Shown one piece after another: positions 14,524 to 28,539 of a stretch of DNA of 64,000 bases. A program made the position numbers and the translations under genes. Source of the DNA: Octopus vulgaris (lineage: Eukaryota); NCBI GenBank assembly GCA_951406725.2, contig OX597815.1, positions 72,292,001-72,356,000 of the forward strand, given 5' to 3'. The notes under the pieces were generated by a model. It made no database searches. It was given only the letters and a program-made list of their open reading frames with translations, and was not told the origin of the DNA. Numbering within the stretch: position 1 is the stretch's first letter; each line of letters opens with the position of its first letter.

Positions 14524-14764
14524 CTTCACAACCAATTAGTAATATGTTACCAAGAAATTTTATGTTGAAGATCATTTCAAGCGTGGAATGGTAAATTCAC
14601 CTTTACACACGTCTATTAAAAATTCTTCCACATTTGGAAACAATTTTTATCATGAAACCATTCAGTAACATGAATTGGTTGTTATGAAACTAATTTCATA
14701 AAATTGTATAAACAATTATATCATATACGTGTGTGTAACATCGAAGTCCACTTCCTTGTATATT

Positions 14765-15134
14765 CTTTTATACTCTAGGCACAAGGCCTGAAATTTTGGT
14801 GAAGGGGGCCAGTACGCAACTGGTACTTAATTTACCGACCCCAAAAGGATGAGAGGCAAAGTCGACCACGGCGGAATTTGAACTCAGAACGTAAAGACAG
14901 ACGAAATACCTATTTCTTTACTACCCACAAGGGGCTAAACACAGAGAGGACAATCAAGGACAGACATAGGTATTAGGTCGATTACATCGACCCCAGTACG
15001 TAACTGGTACTTAATTTATCGACCCTGAAAGGTAAAGTCGACCCCGGCGGAATTTGAACTCAGAACGTAACGGCAGACGAAATACGGTTACGCATTTCAC
15101 CCGGCGTGCTAACGATTCTGCCAGCTCGCCGCCA
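14765..15134 (-). mobile_element. Composite (dimeric) SINE family B with 18-bp TSD
   Basis: Two B units lie between tccacttccttgtatatt at 14747-14764 and 15135-15152. Confidence 0.9.
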
Positions 15135-15572
15135 TCCACTTCCTTGTATATTACTGCCATAGAACAGATTCCATTTCACATTCTTAAGGTATTTTATGAA
15201 TCATCAATGCTTCTTTTTTAATTCTGAGTTACGAAGAAAGGATGTGCTCATGACCCATAACAGGGCATCCTCAAACTAGAGTCCTGACTCGAATACTTGC
15301 AACAAATTAGACTCTTCTGCGGGCACTCACGATGCCTGGTGGAATGGGGGTGATTAACCGGGCAACGGATTAAAACTAACAGTCGTATTGGCCAAGGCGG
15401 AATTGGAACTCAAAACGCCAACACTAGAATAAATCCCGCAAGACATCCGGGCCGACAGTCTTACAGTCCTGCCAATCCTAATAAACTCAGCTCGAGTGTT
15501 GGTCACCTGTGAGTATTTATATTAAGTCGACTGTATTACAGGACAATTTCTTTGAGACCGAGAGAGAGAGAG

Positions 15573-15607
<35 letters not shown>

Positions 15608-16038
15608 GTGGGGAGATACCTCATTTAATTGGAAGACATCATTAATAAGAAACCTATTGATAGCTGTTTTATGATTTATACGTTCGATAATAAATTTAAT
15701 TTAATGATGATTGATCTTGTAATGAACAGCGAATAAATATTAAAACAGAGCAATGGAGCGGGGAGAGAGAGAAGGGGAAAAGACAGGAGGAAGAGAGAGC
15801 AAATGAAAATAGATTAAAATGGCGATACATAGAAGACTTTAGTATGACTGCTGTATGTTATTGAAGGTATGAGATACTGAGCTAATTACTTCTGATCGCC
15901 AATAGGAAACGCAGGTTCGAAAGTCACAGGGTCTTGAACATCGGCACCAAACGTTTTGGGTTTAATGTAAACACGTTATCGCAATCCAAACCTAGGTTAG
16001 CACTTCAATGTGTGTGTGTTGTGTCTGTGTGTTTACGT

Positions 16039-16102
<64 letters not shown>

Positions 16103-16218
16103 GAAAGAGGGGGTGAGTGTGTACGTGCGTAAGTGTATGTCATATATAGCAGAATAAAGAACCTAAAGAATGAAACCAAGTTTCACTCTTTATGGCTGTG
16201 ACAGACTGAAACCTGGCG

Positions 16219-16259
<41 letters not shown>

Positions 16260-16368
16260 CACATACGTACATATACACGACCCACAAGAGGCGAGGCTTC
16301 AGTCGGTACTACGTGGGCTTTGTAATCCATGGATACCTGATGAACCTCGAACCCACATATCTATATTT

Positions 16369-16575
16369 ATTCTTTTATTCTTTTATTTGCTCACTGCGCC
16401 CATGCTGGAACAGCGCCTTTAGTCGAGCAAATCAACCCCAGGACTTATTCTTTGTAAGTCTAGTAATTATTCTATCAGCGAACCGCTAAGTTACGGGGAC
16501 GTAAACACACCAGCATCGGTTGTCAGGCGATGTTGGGGAGGGAACAAACACAGACACACAAACATATACATACAT

Positions 16576-16612
<37 letters not shown>

Positions 16613-16892
16613 TATATAAGTTCAGCAAAATTTAGATTCAGATGAATATTGTACTTAAGTTGAAGGCACCAGAATTTAGTATGGTATTATCCATATAATT
16701 TAGAATAAGGTGATTATGTATATATATATACGACAGGCTTCTTTCAGTTTCTGTCTGCCAAATTCACTCACAAGGCTTTGGTCGGCTCGAGGCTATAGTA
16801 GAAGACCCTTGCCCAAGGTGCCACGCAGTGGAACTGTACCCGGAACCATGTGGTTGGTAAGCAAGCTACTTATCACACAGCCACTCCTGCAC
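16369..16892 (-). mobile_element. SINE family A with ~100-bp insert in its internal microsatellite
   Basis: Family A body and head. The insert at 16618-16718 is the reverse complement of ~40700-40785. Confidence 0.85.
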
Positions 16893-16941
16893 TTATGTAC
16901 ACATTGTACATACATGCATACATACATAAATGCATACACAC

Positions 16942-17017
<76 letters not shown>

Positions 17018-17296
17018 GCGCGCATGCACACGCGCGCAAGCATATATACGAGTGTGTAAATATATAAGATTAATTAAATCTGAAATCAGCGCTGATATGA
17101 CTCAATCTCGCTTGCCGTAGGTGGGGAGCCTGTCTCCCCAGTCAGTCGTTAGAAAAGTGGTCTCACGTGGCTAAGAGTTGTTTTAACTTGTATTTCTAGC
17201 AATGTTGGTGCTTACTAGTACACCCGCCCCTTCCCCGTTACTCTGTGACGACTATACTTGTTGCCTTTGGGTTCTGAATAACGAATACCCACCTTG

Positions 17297-17343
<47 letters not shown>

Positions 17344-17512
17344 TTTCGGTTAGGGTGGTGATTATACCACTTGTCGGCAGTTTTGATATTGTAATGCCGA
17401 CTTATTAGCCAGTGGAGATATTGGCCAACTCTGTCAATAACTCCACTGGTGCTAAGACTTTACATCCAGAGATTGGTCCTGTTTCAACGTCGTTGCGAAT
17501 CGGATTTTGAAG

Positions 17513-17544
<32 letters not shown>

Positions 17545-17570
17545 GTAATCAATAATAATAATAATATGTG

Positions 17571-17606
<36 letters not shown>

Positions 17607-17654
17607 TAAAAACTGGTTATCCGTCGTGCAATTTAATGTAAAACGAACTCGGCA

Positions 17655-17738
<84 letters not shown>

Positions 17739-17832
17739 TCCAGTTCGTTTTAAAATTAAATATATATATATATATATATATTCATCCAGTTCGTTTTAAA
17801 CATTAAATTGCACGACGGATAACCAGTTTTTA
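17607..17832. repeat. Inverted repeat with (TA)n loop
   Basis: aaaaactggttatccgtcgtgcaatttaatg...atgaata versus tattcat...cattaaattgcacgacggataaccagttttt. Confidence 0.9.
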
Positions 17833-18589
17833 AAATTACATGTGCATTCCTATTCGTGTTCTTGTATTCTTATTCTTTGTTATGAATCTTGGATTTGGAT
17901 ATTACACAGAGAACATGAAAAAATAAGCAGAAACAGGAGAGTTTATTTATATAATATTTAGTTACACCATCTTACGTATGTTTCATTAACATAAGGTGTT
18001 TATTAGTCATAATGCAAATTGCACAATCAAGACTTATTGCCAAATCATAAGAGACGTTAACTTTTATATGCAACATTATTGGATTGCAGAAATATTGACA
18101 GAATCAATAATCATGGAGATGGCGGTTAGTTGATTCTGTCGACATATCTGCAATATTTTTTTTTGTTTGCTGCTGCAGTATTATTGTTCTAGAACTATAA
18201 TTACGACTCTAATTTGGGTTGTGCATTTGTTTTGTATAAGTTGTTTTGCAACTGAATAAGTTACTGGCCTTGAATAGTCGACTCCATGAGAAGTCACTAA
18301 AGATTATTTAGCCTAGTATTTGTTAACAATTGTTCTCGTTCACTTAATAAATAAGGTGTAGTGTCAGGTATAATTCCTTGATGCGCATGTTGGAATCAGT
18401 GAAGGATCTTGGTTGTTATTCTCCATTTATGGAGGCGATACAGATCTAACGTTAGATATGTATGTTGTATGGAGATGATGCCTGTGAAGAAAATATTATT
18501 GAGTAGTGAATAGCAATATCGTATCCGTAGGGTGTCTAAGTAAAGTAGAAATGCTAGAGTAAAAGCCGTTGATATACAGAAATATAAGT

Positions 18590-18760
18590 GCAGCGATATC
18601 GTCGTACATTTAGGTATTTTGAGTTGTTATAATGTGGTTCTGAGAGAACGCTATCTGTATACCCAACTATGAACCGATCTGAAAGAAAACTTCTAATGTA
18701 AAAACTGAGAAAACCTGTTGATCTATTGGCTGAGTAACTTAGCAAGGAAGTTCCCATGTC
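18590..18760 (-). mobile_element. CR1/L2-like RT fragment
   Basis: 'YIRSFLSDRFIVGYTDSVLSEPHYNNS' resembles the 'WIxSFLSxRxxxVxxxGxxS' segment preceding GVPQGS. Confidence 0.55.
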
Positions 18761-20633
18761 TGGCAGGTTTAATGGCGTTGTTGGTGCCGTCAAGGTTCTC
18801 AAGAGTTTGTGAGGGATCTCTAATATATGAACACTAGTATCTGTGATGCAAGTGGACAAGTTACCGGTAGATCCTATAAAGGTGTGAGTACTAAACTTAT
18901 CAAAGAAGAGTGCCGGACAGAGAACAAGAGGAGAGAGAATGAGTGTGAGTGAAAGAAAATATGAGATGAGAAACTATGTATGTTGTTTGGTCCCAGATCA
19001 AGACTGATGGAACATATTTGTGATTAAAGAGTTCCATCCATGACCATCGCATTTATTTCTGACATTGTATCCAAGGCTACATTATCAAGTAAAGCTAAGA
19101 TAAGGTTTGAGGGTAATTTTGCAGCTATTTCTAGTAAGTCGAGCTCCCACATAGAAACTTTGTCGTTGCTAACGTTATCAGCGAGATTGTGGGATTCCAG
19201 TCGAGACTAACTAAGAGGTTGTCACTAATGTTGATTAACCTCAGGTCAGCTCTGATGAGTTCACAAACTTTTGATCAAAGGTATTCCAGCCGTAACAATC
19301 CCGTTGGCTTGTATATCAGCAGTGAAATCAGAACACATCAACGTATTCTATTTTAGGACCTCCAGTAGAAATTTGGCAAGGCAGAGCAAAAATGTTTTCG
19401 GATTCTAAAAGGTGAAATCCTTTCATAATTCTAGGGGTTGTAAGATTTTAGGGAGTGACCCGACAGATAGTTACGGGCCCGTTCTCGGCTCTCCAAGCCC
19501 CAGAGTGATGTATTTGCTAACTTCCACCCTTCTTATAAGCCCTAAAGGTTGGGTGCCATTTGAAAAAGAGTAAGTGAACACTTAGAGATTCTATTCTTGG
19601 CTCTAAACTAATGGGTTGTTGATAGGGGTAGTGTGAATCGGTGGGACGACGAAGGCTTGAACACTCATATAAGATCAGAATTTCTTAGGCGGTAGTTCTT
19701 TGGCAGAAAAACGCCAACTATATACTCTCCCGATAGAAATATTAGTGAGGTTTTTGGTCCTCTTCTACAGCCTTTATTAACGAGAAAAGAACATGACATT
19801 TGCATCTAGATAATACTTCATTTTCGCTTGGGTTTTGGACATACTTGTAAACAGGGAATTACTGATAAAGGGTTAAATATGGAACCAGAAGGACCTAGAG
19901 GAGAACATGTCCGTCGGCGGGGTCTACAACAGGTGGTTTGGAACCCATGGGTATCTATCAGATACCCTAGAAAAGAAAACAAAAAAAAAAAAACTCAAGA
20001 ATCTTCAAATTTTGAGAGGATGCTTATCCTCTACCAGGGGTCCGAAAGCAGTCTTGAACCGCCTTGTAAAATTTCTTCTGGGAGACGACTATATGTTGGA
20101 AACAATGAATGAAAGTAGGAGTTCGTGGAATATCGAGACAGTGTAACGATATGAAGGTCAAGAACTCGATACGTTAGACATTCCAATCTGCATGAATAGT
20201 GGAACTTATCCATATTCCACATAATGTCGTCAAACCTTTTGAATATTCTTGATTGGCGACAAGAAGTAATGAGTCATCAGACACAACCGTTTATAAGACA
20301 AGTTATCAATAGGCGGTGGCGAAGGTGGTGGTGGTGGTGGTAGTGGTGGTGGCGGCGGCGGCGGCAGTGCTGGTGGTGCTAGTGGTGACTGTGGTGGTGG
20401 TGATGATGAATGAATGGTGGTGAAGGTGGTTGTTGTGGCGATAAGGAAAAAAGATGAGAGGGAGAGAGCGGAAAAGTGAGAGTTAGAGAGAGACAGACTG
20501 AGACAGAGAGAGTAGGAGAGTGAGAAGAGTGACTTTTAAAGAGTTGGATGAGATTGATATATTTTCGAACTTATGAAACGAATATAACTTTTTGTTCCAA
20601 CAGAAAAAATAACAACCACACAAACACACACGT

Positions 20634-20717
<84 letters not shown>

Positions 20718-20745
20718 TTCATATATATGTGTCTGTGTCTATGTA

Positions 20746-20797
<52 letters not shown>

Positions 20798-20813
20798 CGT
20801 ATGTATACAGTCA

Positions 20814-20863
<50 letters not shown>

Positions 20864-21013
20864 AAGAGAGAGTGAGAGAGAGAGAGAGATAAAGATATGT
20901 GTATGTGTGCGCATGTGTGTATATGCCTATAGAGCCATATATATATATATACACACATAATTATATATATATATGTGTGTGTGGGTGTGTGTGTGTATAT
21001 ATATATATATATA

Positions 21014-21048
<35 letters not shown>

Positions 21049-21152
21049 ATGCATAGCTGTTGGTATGCATCACTGTGTATCCGTGTGTTTGTACGTAACG
21101 TTAAAAAAATGTTCGTATGAGTGTGCTTTTAACGTCCGCAAACTACCAGTCG

Positions 21153-21189
<37 letters not shown>

Positions 21190-21859
21190 AACACATACAC
21201 GCACACTACGAGCTACAAAAAAACAATAAGTACGAAACATCACCACCAGCACCACCAACACCACCACCACCAGCAACAACAACAGTAATACCAACAATAA
21301 CAATGATAGTGACAAAACCCTCTCTCTGATGTTTTTATTCAACCATCGAGTTTTGATGTTTAGTGTTCAAAGGAGCGACTTGCTCTCCCTCCCCCTCTCT
21401 CTATATACATCTTCCTCTCTTTCGTTCTTTCCCACACGCACGTACTCTACCTCTATCTCTTTCCACTCTCTGCAACACCCAACCCACCCCACTCTCTCTC
21501 TCTCCTCTGTTCTCTTTCTTCAATTCTTTCATTGTGTCTTTCTTTCTCTCTATCTTTGGGAATTAGATAACGATATTATGTAATTAGCTTGTATAGGCAA
21601 TTACTGGAATTGGGTAGACTGTATCAATGAGTGTATGTTGATGCTTATATACGTGTGTGTGTGCGTGTGTGTGTGTGTGTGTGTGCGTTTTGTATGTTTG
21701 TATACTGATGTAAATGTTTTTAAAGTTTTTTGTGCGTATGTATGCATAACTATGTGTGCGTCTGTATGTGTGAGCATATATGTGTATATATATTTATCTA
21801 TATGTACATATGTATATATGTGTACGTGCATGCGTCTGTTTGTGTGTGTATCATATGTA

Positions 21860-21892
<33 letters not shown>

Positions 21893-21968
21893 ATACACTC
21901 AGAGATGCATATATATTCACATATTTATATGTATGCACTATATATGTATATATATATGTAGATGTATT

Positions 21969-22044
<76 letters not shown>

Positions 22045-22189
22045 TAAATATATCCTCAGATAAATACTTATGTATTTATAAACACAATGGTATACGCACA
22101 TTCATAAAAAATATAACACACACACATACACACACATGTATATAAATATTGTGTTTATGTAGGCATATATATATATATATATACATACA

Positions 22190-22225
<36 letters not shown>

Positions 22226-22233
22226 TATATGTA

Positions 22234-22278
<45 letters not shown>

Positions 22279-23004
22279 TCTGTATACACACATACAAAAG
22301 CGCCTTTGATCTGTTAATAACTAGGAAAAACACACCCGCTTTACTGTGAGAAATATCCGCTGCCTACTAAATATTCATCAAAATGTAGATAATCGTCTAC
22401 ACACACATATTATCATATAGACACACAAATAGAAACATAGATATATATGTAGACACATAGACACATACGCGCGCTCACACACACACACACACACACACAC
22501 ATATGCGCGCGTACACTCTTATACGTAAATGTACACATATACATACGTGCGTGTGTGTGTAGTTCTGTCTACCTACGCGCCTGTGAGCGCGAGATGTGTT
22601 TCTTTGACGTCTATGTCTATATTATAGTGTCTAAAGGTAGGTATGATTGATTGATTGTGTGTGTGTAAATGAACAAATATATGTATATAAATGCATACAT
22701 ATACAATAATTAACGTATGTACGTGAACATATGTACACACGCAAAATTAACATTTGTGTGGTGAATGTGTGTGTATATTATATATTTTCAAAATTAATAT
22801 ATATTTATATATTATATTCAAAATTATTGCGTGTGTTATGTATATATGTGCGGATGTATGTGTATGAGTGTGAGTTTGGAAAAATATATATATGAAAGCA
22901 ATGACGTAGAAATAAAAGTGGCTGCAGTTGGAATCGAACCTATAATCTTCAAGTTTTAATTAAAATGCAATGGCCACGTTACGTAAGCTATCTTTAATAA
23001 TCCT

Positions 23005-23480
23005 TTCTACTGTAGGCACAAGGCCTGAAATTTTGGGGGAGGGGCTAATCGATTACCTCGGACCCAGTGCTCAACTGATATTTATTTCTTCGACCCCGAA
23101 AGGGATGAAAGGCAAAGTCGGTATCGACAGAATTTGAACTCCGAATGTAAAGACAGGGACAAAAAACCGCTAAGCATTTTGCCCGACGTGCTAACTATTC
23201 TGCCAGTTCGCCGCCTTAGATGCTATCTTTAATGATCCTTTCTACTATAGACACAAGGCCGGAAATTGGTGGGAGAGGAATAGTCGATCACATCGACCCC
23301 AGTGTTTTACTGGTACTTAATTTATCGACCCCAGTGTTTTACTGGTACTTAATTTATCGACCCCAAACGGATGAAAGGCAGAGTCGACCTCGGTGGAATT
23401 TGAACTCAGAACCTATCGGCAGACGAAATACCGCTAAGCATTTCGCCCCACGTGCTAACGATTCTGCCAGCTCGCCGCCT
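23005..23480 (-). mobile_element. Two tandem SINE family B copies
   Basis: Copies at ~23005-23217 and ~23240-23480, each a family B match. Confidence 0.9.
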
Positions 23481-23944
23481 TAGACGAAATCTCTAATGAT
23501 AGCTGATATCTAGGCTGGTCGGCTGGTTATTTTGTCCAATCACGCTTTATGTCGTTTTGATGGAGAGAAAATAAGAGAAAAACACAGTTAACACAAGAGG
23601 TGCAGGATGAGTACACATACAAGGCTGGATGGCAGGCAATGAGTAAAGGAACTCTATTACTGTCACACACAGTGAGAGAAGCCGATTTATAGACAGAGAG
23701 GAAGAAGAAGAGGAGTAACTGACTTAGTACTTATGAGGTGAATTCTAATTTTTCAGAGACAGGTTTTCGATGGAGTGCAATTATATTGATAAAATTTAGA
23801 AAAATAATAACCTATAGTTATTGCAAACACTGCTTTTCCAACTAATGCGGAAATTCGCTCAAGATCCCTAGATCCAAAATTCTAGTTACTAGAATGAAAC
23901 CATGATACGGAAGTAACAGCAAGCTATACAAATACATATATATC

Positions 23945-24507
<563 letters not shown>

Positions 24508-24589
24508 CGGAGAGAAAGAGAGACAGAGAGAGAGACAGAGAGAGAGACAGAGACAGAGAGAGAGACAGAGAGAGAGACAGAGAGTTCCA

Positions 24590-25169
24590 TGAGTGAGGGA
24601 GAAGTGTAGAGGAAGGCCATTCATAAGGCACAAGGACAAATTCAAAGTAACCTGAACGAGACGAAGGTTCTTCCACAAACATTTGAAAAAACTGCATTGA
24701 ATCGTAGTGAATACAGATGTAAGGCCATGAAAAACTATGAATCGATCCGTCTGGATCATCTTAGAGAATTGAGAGCAAAGACAGTCTTGAATTAACAGGT
24801 CATCCGCTTTGCTTAACAATCCATTATTTTGTGTCCAGTCTGCGGACTTTTTTGTGAAACATTGGATGAATTTAAGTCTCCATGGACATTAGAGCTAAAA
24901 AATATTTGCTGCACCGACATATGTAGTAACTGGCGGGAAAAAATCCAGTATGTATGTATGTATGTATGTATGTGTGTATCTTTCTGTCGAAGAGCGTAGG
25001 CTCGAAACGTAAAAGATTTGTTCTATTTCTATTCCTGAGCGCCATACTAATATATTTGTTTGTTTGTACTCCATCTGCCTTCGTCTTTTGTTTATTTTCG
25101 TAAACCTTCCCGTTATGTATGTATGTATGTATGTATGTATGTATGTATGTATGTATGTATGTATGTATG

Positions 25170-25200
<31 letters not shown>

Positions 25201-25425
25201 CTTGTGACAAGGCCATTGTTCAAAACAGAATATGTGCAACCTGTTGGAAGGTGTGCCTTTCAGTTGGAAGATTGAAAAGTCACGTGAAAAGACTTCATAC
25301 TGAGGCACCTGTTCCTTCTGTCAGCCAGCACAGCTATGCATTATGCAATAGAATGTGCAAATCTTTGGTCGGGCTCAAGAATCATGCAAGGGCCTCACAC
25401 TGCATCATCAATAACTCGTTTCAAT
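24590..25425 (+). mobile_element. Scattered RTE-like 3' fragments (24590-24660; 25200-25425)
   Basis: 'KCRGRPFIRHKDKFK' and the C2H2-like 'CATCWKVCLSVGRLKSHVKRLH...CNRMCKSLVGLKNH' resemble RTE ORF2 C-termini. Confidence 0.5.
24978..25115 (+). mobile_element. PLE-type terminal-repeat fragment with minimal hammerhead (24978-25017)
   Basis: AUCUUU-CUGUCGAA-GAGC-GUAG-GCUC-GAAA-CG-UA-AAAGAU: 6-bp stem I, 4-bp stem II, ACGU stem III. Lies between (TATG)n tracts. Confidence 0.72.
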
Positions 25426-25522
25426 GATTCTTTCCGGCAATGGCTAGAAACCTATGTACGTATGTATGTATGTATGTATGTATGTATGTATGTATGTATG
25501 TATGTATGTATGTATGTATGTA

Positions 25523-25573
<51 letters not shown>

Positions 25574-25589
25574 TTTTTCCTTTGAATTT

Positions 25590-25830
25590 TATTTAAGCTC
25601 TATCCCACAGAACAACATCAGGTCTATTATGTTTGAATACCTGCTGGTTCTGACATGCCTTTGATACATATACATCAAAGCAATCCTTCCAGCAGATAGA
25701 TTTGTAAATAGTCTTTGCAACTACACCATACCTTAGGTCCGGTAGAATCTCGTACACATTTTGCGGTAGCTGATGATGATATGGGTGATATCTTCCATAC
25801 TGGTATAGCAAAGCCGATATTTTTATCATA
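25590..25830 (-). mobile_element. R4/Dong-like (restriction-like endonuclease) LINE fragment
   Basis: 'HNRPDVVLWDR' matches the RLE signature HN(R/K)PD(I/V)V. Upstream 'RYGVVAKTIY' resembles 'RHDxVAKxIH'. Confidence 0.55.
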
Positions 25831-26319
25831 AGGTGGAACTTTGATGGTATCTTTATGTCCCTTGTTTATCATGTATTTAATAGCTATCTTCTGTTTGTGG
25901 ACAACTAAAAGCATACCCTTCTAGGTGGGATGTAATGTATATATTATATGTCCATAAGAGGCAACTATTTATGTCAATGCTGTTGCCATCCTCTAGCTTC
26001 GGGATATGGACCCATGTATTCCTTTTTGATGATGATACCTATTTTCTCTCCAAGTGTCTGTTTACCTAAGCTAGTCCAGTATGCAAGCATGTATGTATGT
26101 ACATGTGTATGTGTATATTTTGAAATGTTTTAACTGAGTAAGGTCTTACGCGATGGATGTATTTCCTATTGTATATTACGCAGACCTGAAACGTACGTTT
26201 TCAATGATCTCAAAATATCACTATTTGGTTTGACTTTGTTATTACAACTTATGTGTGTGTGTGTGTGTGTGTATGCGTGCGTGTGTATGTATGTATATGT
26301 TTATATATACACTTCGATC

Positions 26320-26946
26320 TTTCGTTCCCCCTCTCTCACATTTCATTGCCTTCTCATCATGCTCACTTTCCCTCGTCTTTTCACCTCACAGTATCTCTGT
26401 CATTTTTTTCTCGCCCCTCTTTATTTCTTCTGTCCTTCTGCCTCTACCTCTCTCTCTTCTCTCCCCACGTGACCGGTATTCGGCCAAGCCTTACCTTTCT
26501 TTCTTGGTTCGCCCGCTGTCCGTGCAACATCTATATTCTTCCCTGTGCCTGTGAAATCTTGTATCCCTGCCGTAAGGCTTTACTTCCACACACGCCAGCT
26601 TAATTGAATTTTTCCTTAGTCGAAAGACATCTGTTGTTAATGTCCTGTTATTTGCACTTGTATTTGTGTGCCATTTCTCCGTTTTTTTTTCGTCCTTGTT
26701 TTCGTATACATTCGCTGCTTTCTTCCAAGGAATCTAATGCTCCTAGCTTAGTTTTTCCTTGAGGCTAGCCAGATTGGTGCAATCCCGAGTATAACCAGCC
26801 GAAATTGCAAAGATAATCTGGAACTCGACTGAGAAAATAAAACTCCGAATGACCCATCCTTGTTTTCTTTGTATCGTCTATCTGGATGTTTTGTCGTCCC
26901 TTTCTTGTATCATCTGTCTGGATGTTTTGAGTTCTTGTCCCATTTT

Positions 26947-26950
<4 letters not shown>
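26320..26950 (+). mobile_element. ~620-bp CT-rich interspersed repeat, copy 2
   Basis: Colinear with 9225-9845. Short tandem duplication near the 3' end, ending at (TA)n. Confidence 0.8.
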
Positions 26951-27009
<59 letters not shown>

Positions 27010-27148
27010 TCAATTCGGAAAAATCGAACATCAAAAATAAAATACCAACAAACAACAAGAATGACGTCTTTCATTTATTATATATATAAATATATATATA
27101 TTTTTAGGATTAAATAAAGACAAACGGAAATATGATATACCTGTATAA

Positions 27149-27183
<35 letters not shown>

Positions 27184-27336
27184 ATATATATATAATATGC
27201 ATCCATATTAAATTCTTCTGTGTGTAAGAGTCCTCAACCGATGTTAGGCGATAATCCAAAAAGGCCGTATTAGCTCTTAGTTAAGAATAACGTCGTCCGG
27301 GAGGTGATTTATTGGTATATATATATATATATATCA

Positions 27337-27877
27337 AATTCAAAAACATATGTAGTAAATAAACATACGAATATATACTAAATACACAGACGAACAGAAA
27401 ACACAGGTCACCAATTCCTCTTCAGTAATCGGCCAGAGGGTCAAACGGCAATTTCGGCCATTATCGATTATTATTGCTTCTACTCTGGAGGCACCGGCAA
27501 GAAACTTGCTGGGAATGGGACCAAAACATAACAACACGAGACAGGCTCCAGACAAGACCGTTAGCCATTTTTTTTGCTCTATATGTATTATTTTCATTTT
27601 AATTGTTGTTTTCGTGTGGCCCTAAGTCTTTATTCTGTTTATTGTTTTGTCCTTCGTCCGTTTACTAACGGTCTCGTCTCGAGCCTGTCTCGTGTTGTTA
27701 TGTTTTAGTCCCTTTCCCAGCAAGTTTCTTGCCGGTGCCTCCAGAGTGGAAGCAATAATATCGATAATGGCCGAAATTGCGGTTTGATCCTCAGGCCGAT
27801 TACTGAGGAGGACTTGATGACCTTCTGTGTATTTAGTATATGTTCGTATGTTTATTTACTAGACGTGTTTTTGAATT
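27337..27877. repeat. Inverted repeat: ~220-bp arms, 100-bp spacer, flanked by microsatellites
   Basis: 27337-27564 is the diverged reverse complement of 27665-27877 (e.g. ctctggaggcaccggcaagaaacttgctggga / tcccagcaagtttcttgccggtgcctccagag). Confidence 0.95.
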
Positions 27878-27880
27878 ACA

Positions 27881-27923
<43 letters not shown>

Positions 27924-28133
27924 ATATATATATATATACAGGTATGTCATATTTTCCGTTTGTCTTTTTATTTAATCCTGAAAATATTATTTATGTTACG
28001 CAAGCACTCATTCATTTGCTATCCATATATATATATATATATATATATACATGCACATACACACATGCACACACCAGTCAAGTGATGTGATCTGCGTGCA
28101 TACAAACACACACACATACACACACATATGTAT

Positions 28134-28297
28134 ACGACGGGCTTCTTTCAGTTTCCGTCTACCAAGTCCACTCACAAGGCTTTAGTCGGCCCGAGGCAAT
28201 AATAGAAGACACTTGCCCAAGGGGCCACGCAGTGGGACTGAACTCTGAACCATGTAGTTGGGAAGCAAACTTCTTACCACACAGCCACGTCTGCGCC
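28134..28297 (-). mobile_element. SINE family A, 5' half
   Basis: Near-consensus family A head. Confidence 0.9.
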
Positions 28298-28539
28298 TAC
28301 CTATTAATAAAAATTATTTTAAAATCTATATACAAAATTGTTTATTCGGACGACGAATGCGAGTGTTAGTTTCCTTATCATTGCAACAGATTAATCCATT
28401 CAACAACGCCATTATCTGATCGCAAGACCCGAGGTTTGTAATAACTAAAAGGTTGATCGGCAAGATTGCAATGAAGGGCCACACAAATAACCTCAAATAA
28501 AAGAAAAAAATACAATTTATTTCAGAATCTATATACAAA

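Noticed and set aside
20003-20058. Hammerhead (ttcaa...gga/tcc-gaaa...gtc-ttgaa)
   Set aside because: No CUGAnGA core and a mismatched stem III.
22918-22990. tRNA gene on the minus strand
   Set aside because: Only a B-box (ggttcgattcc) is recognisable and no cloverleaf forms. Probably a SINE head relic.
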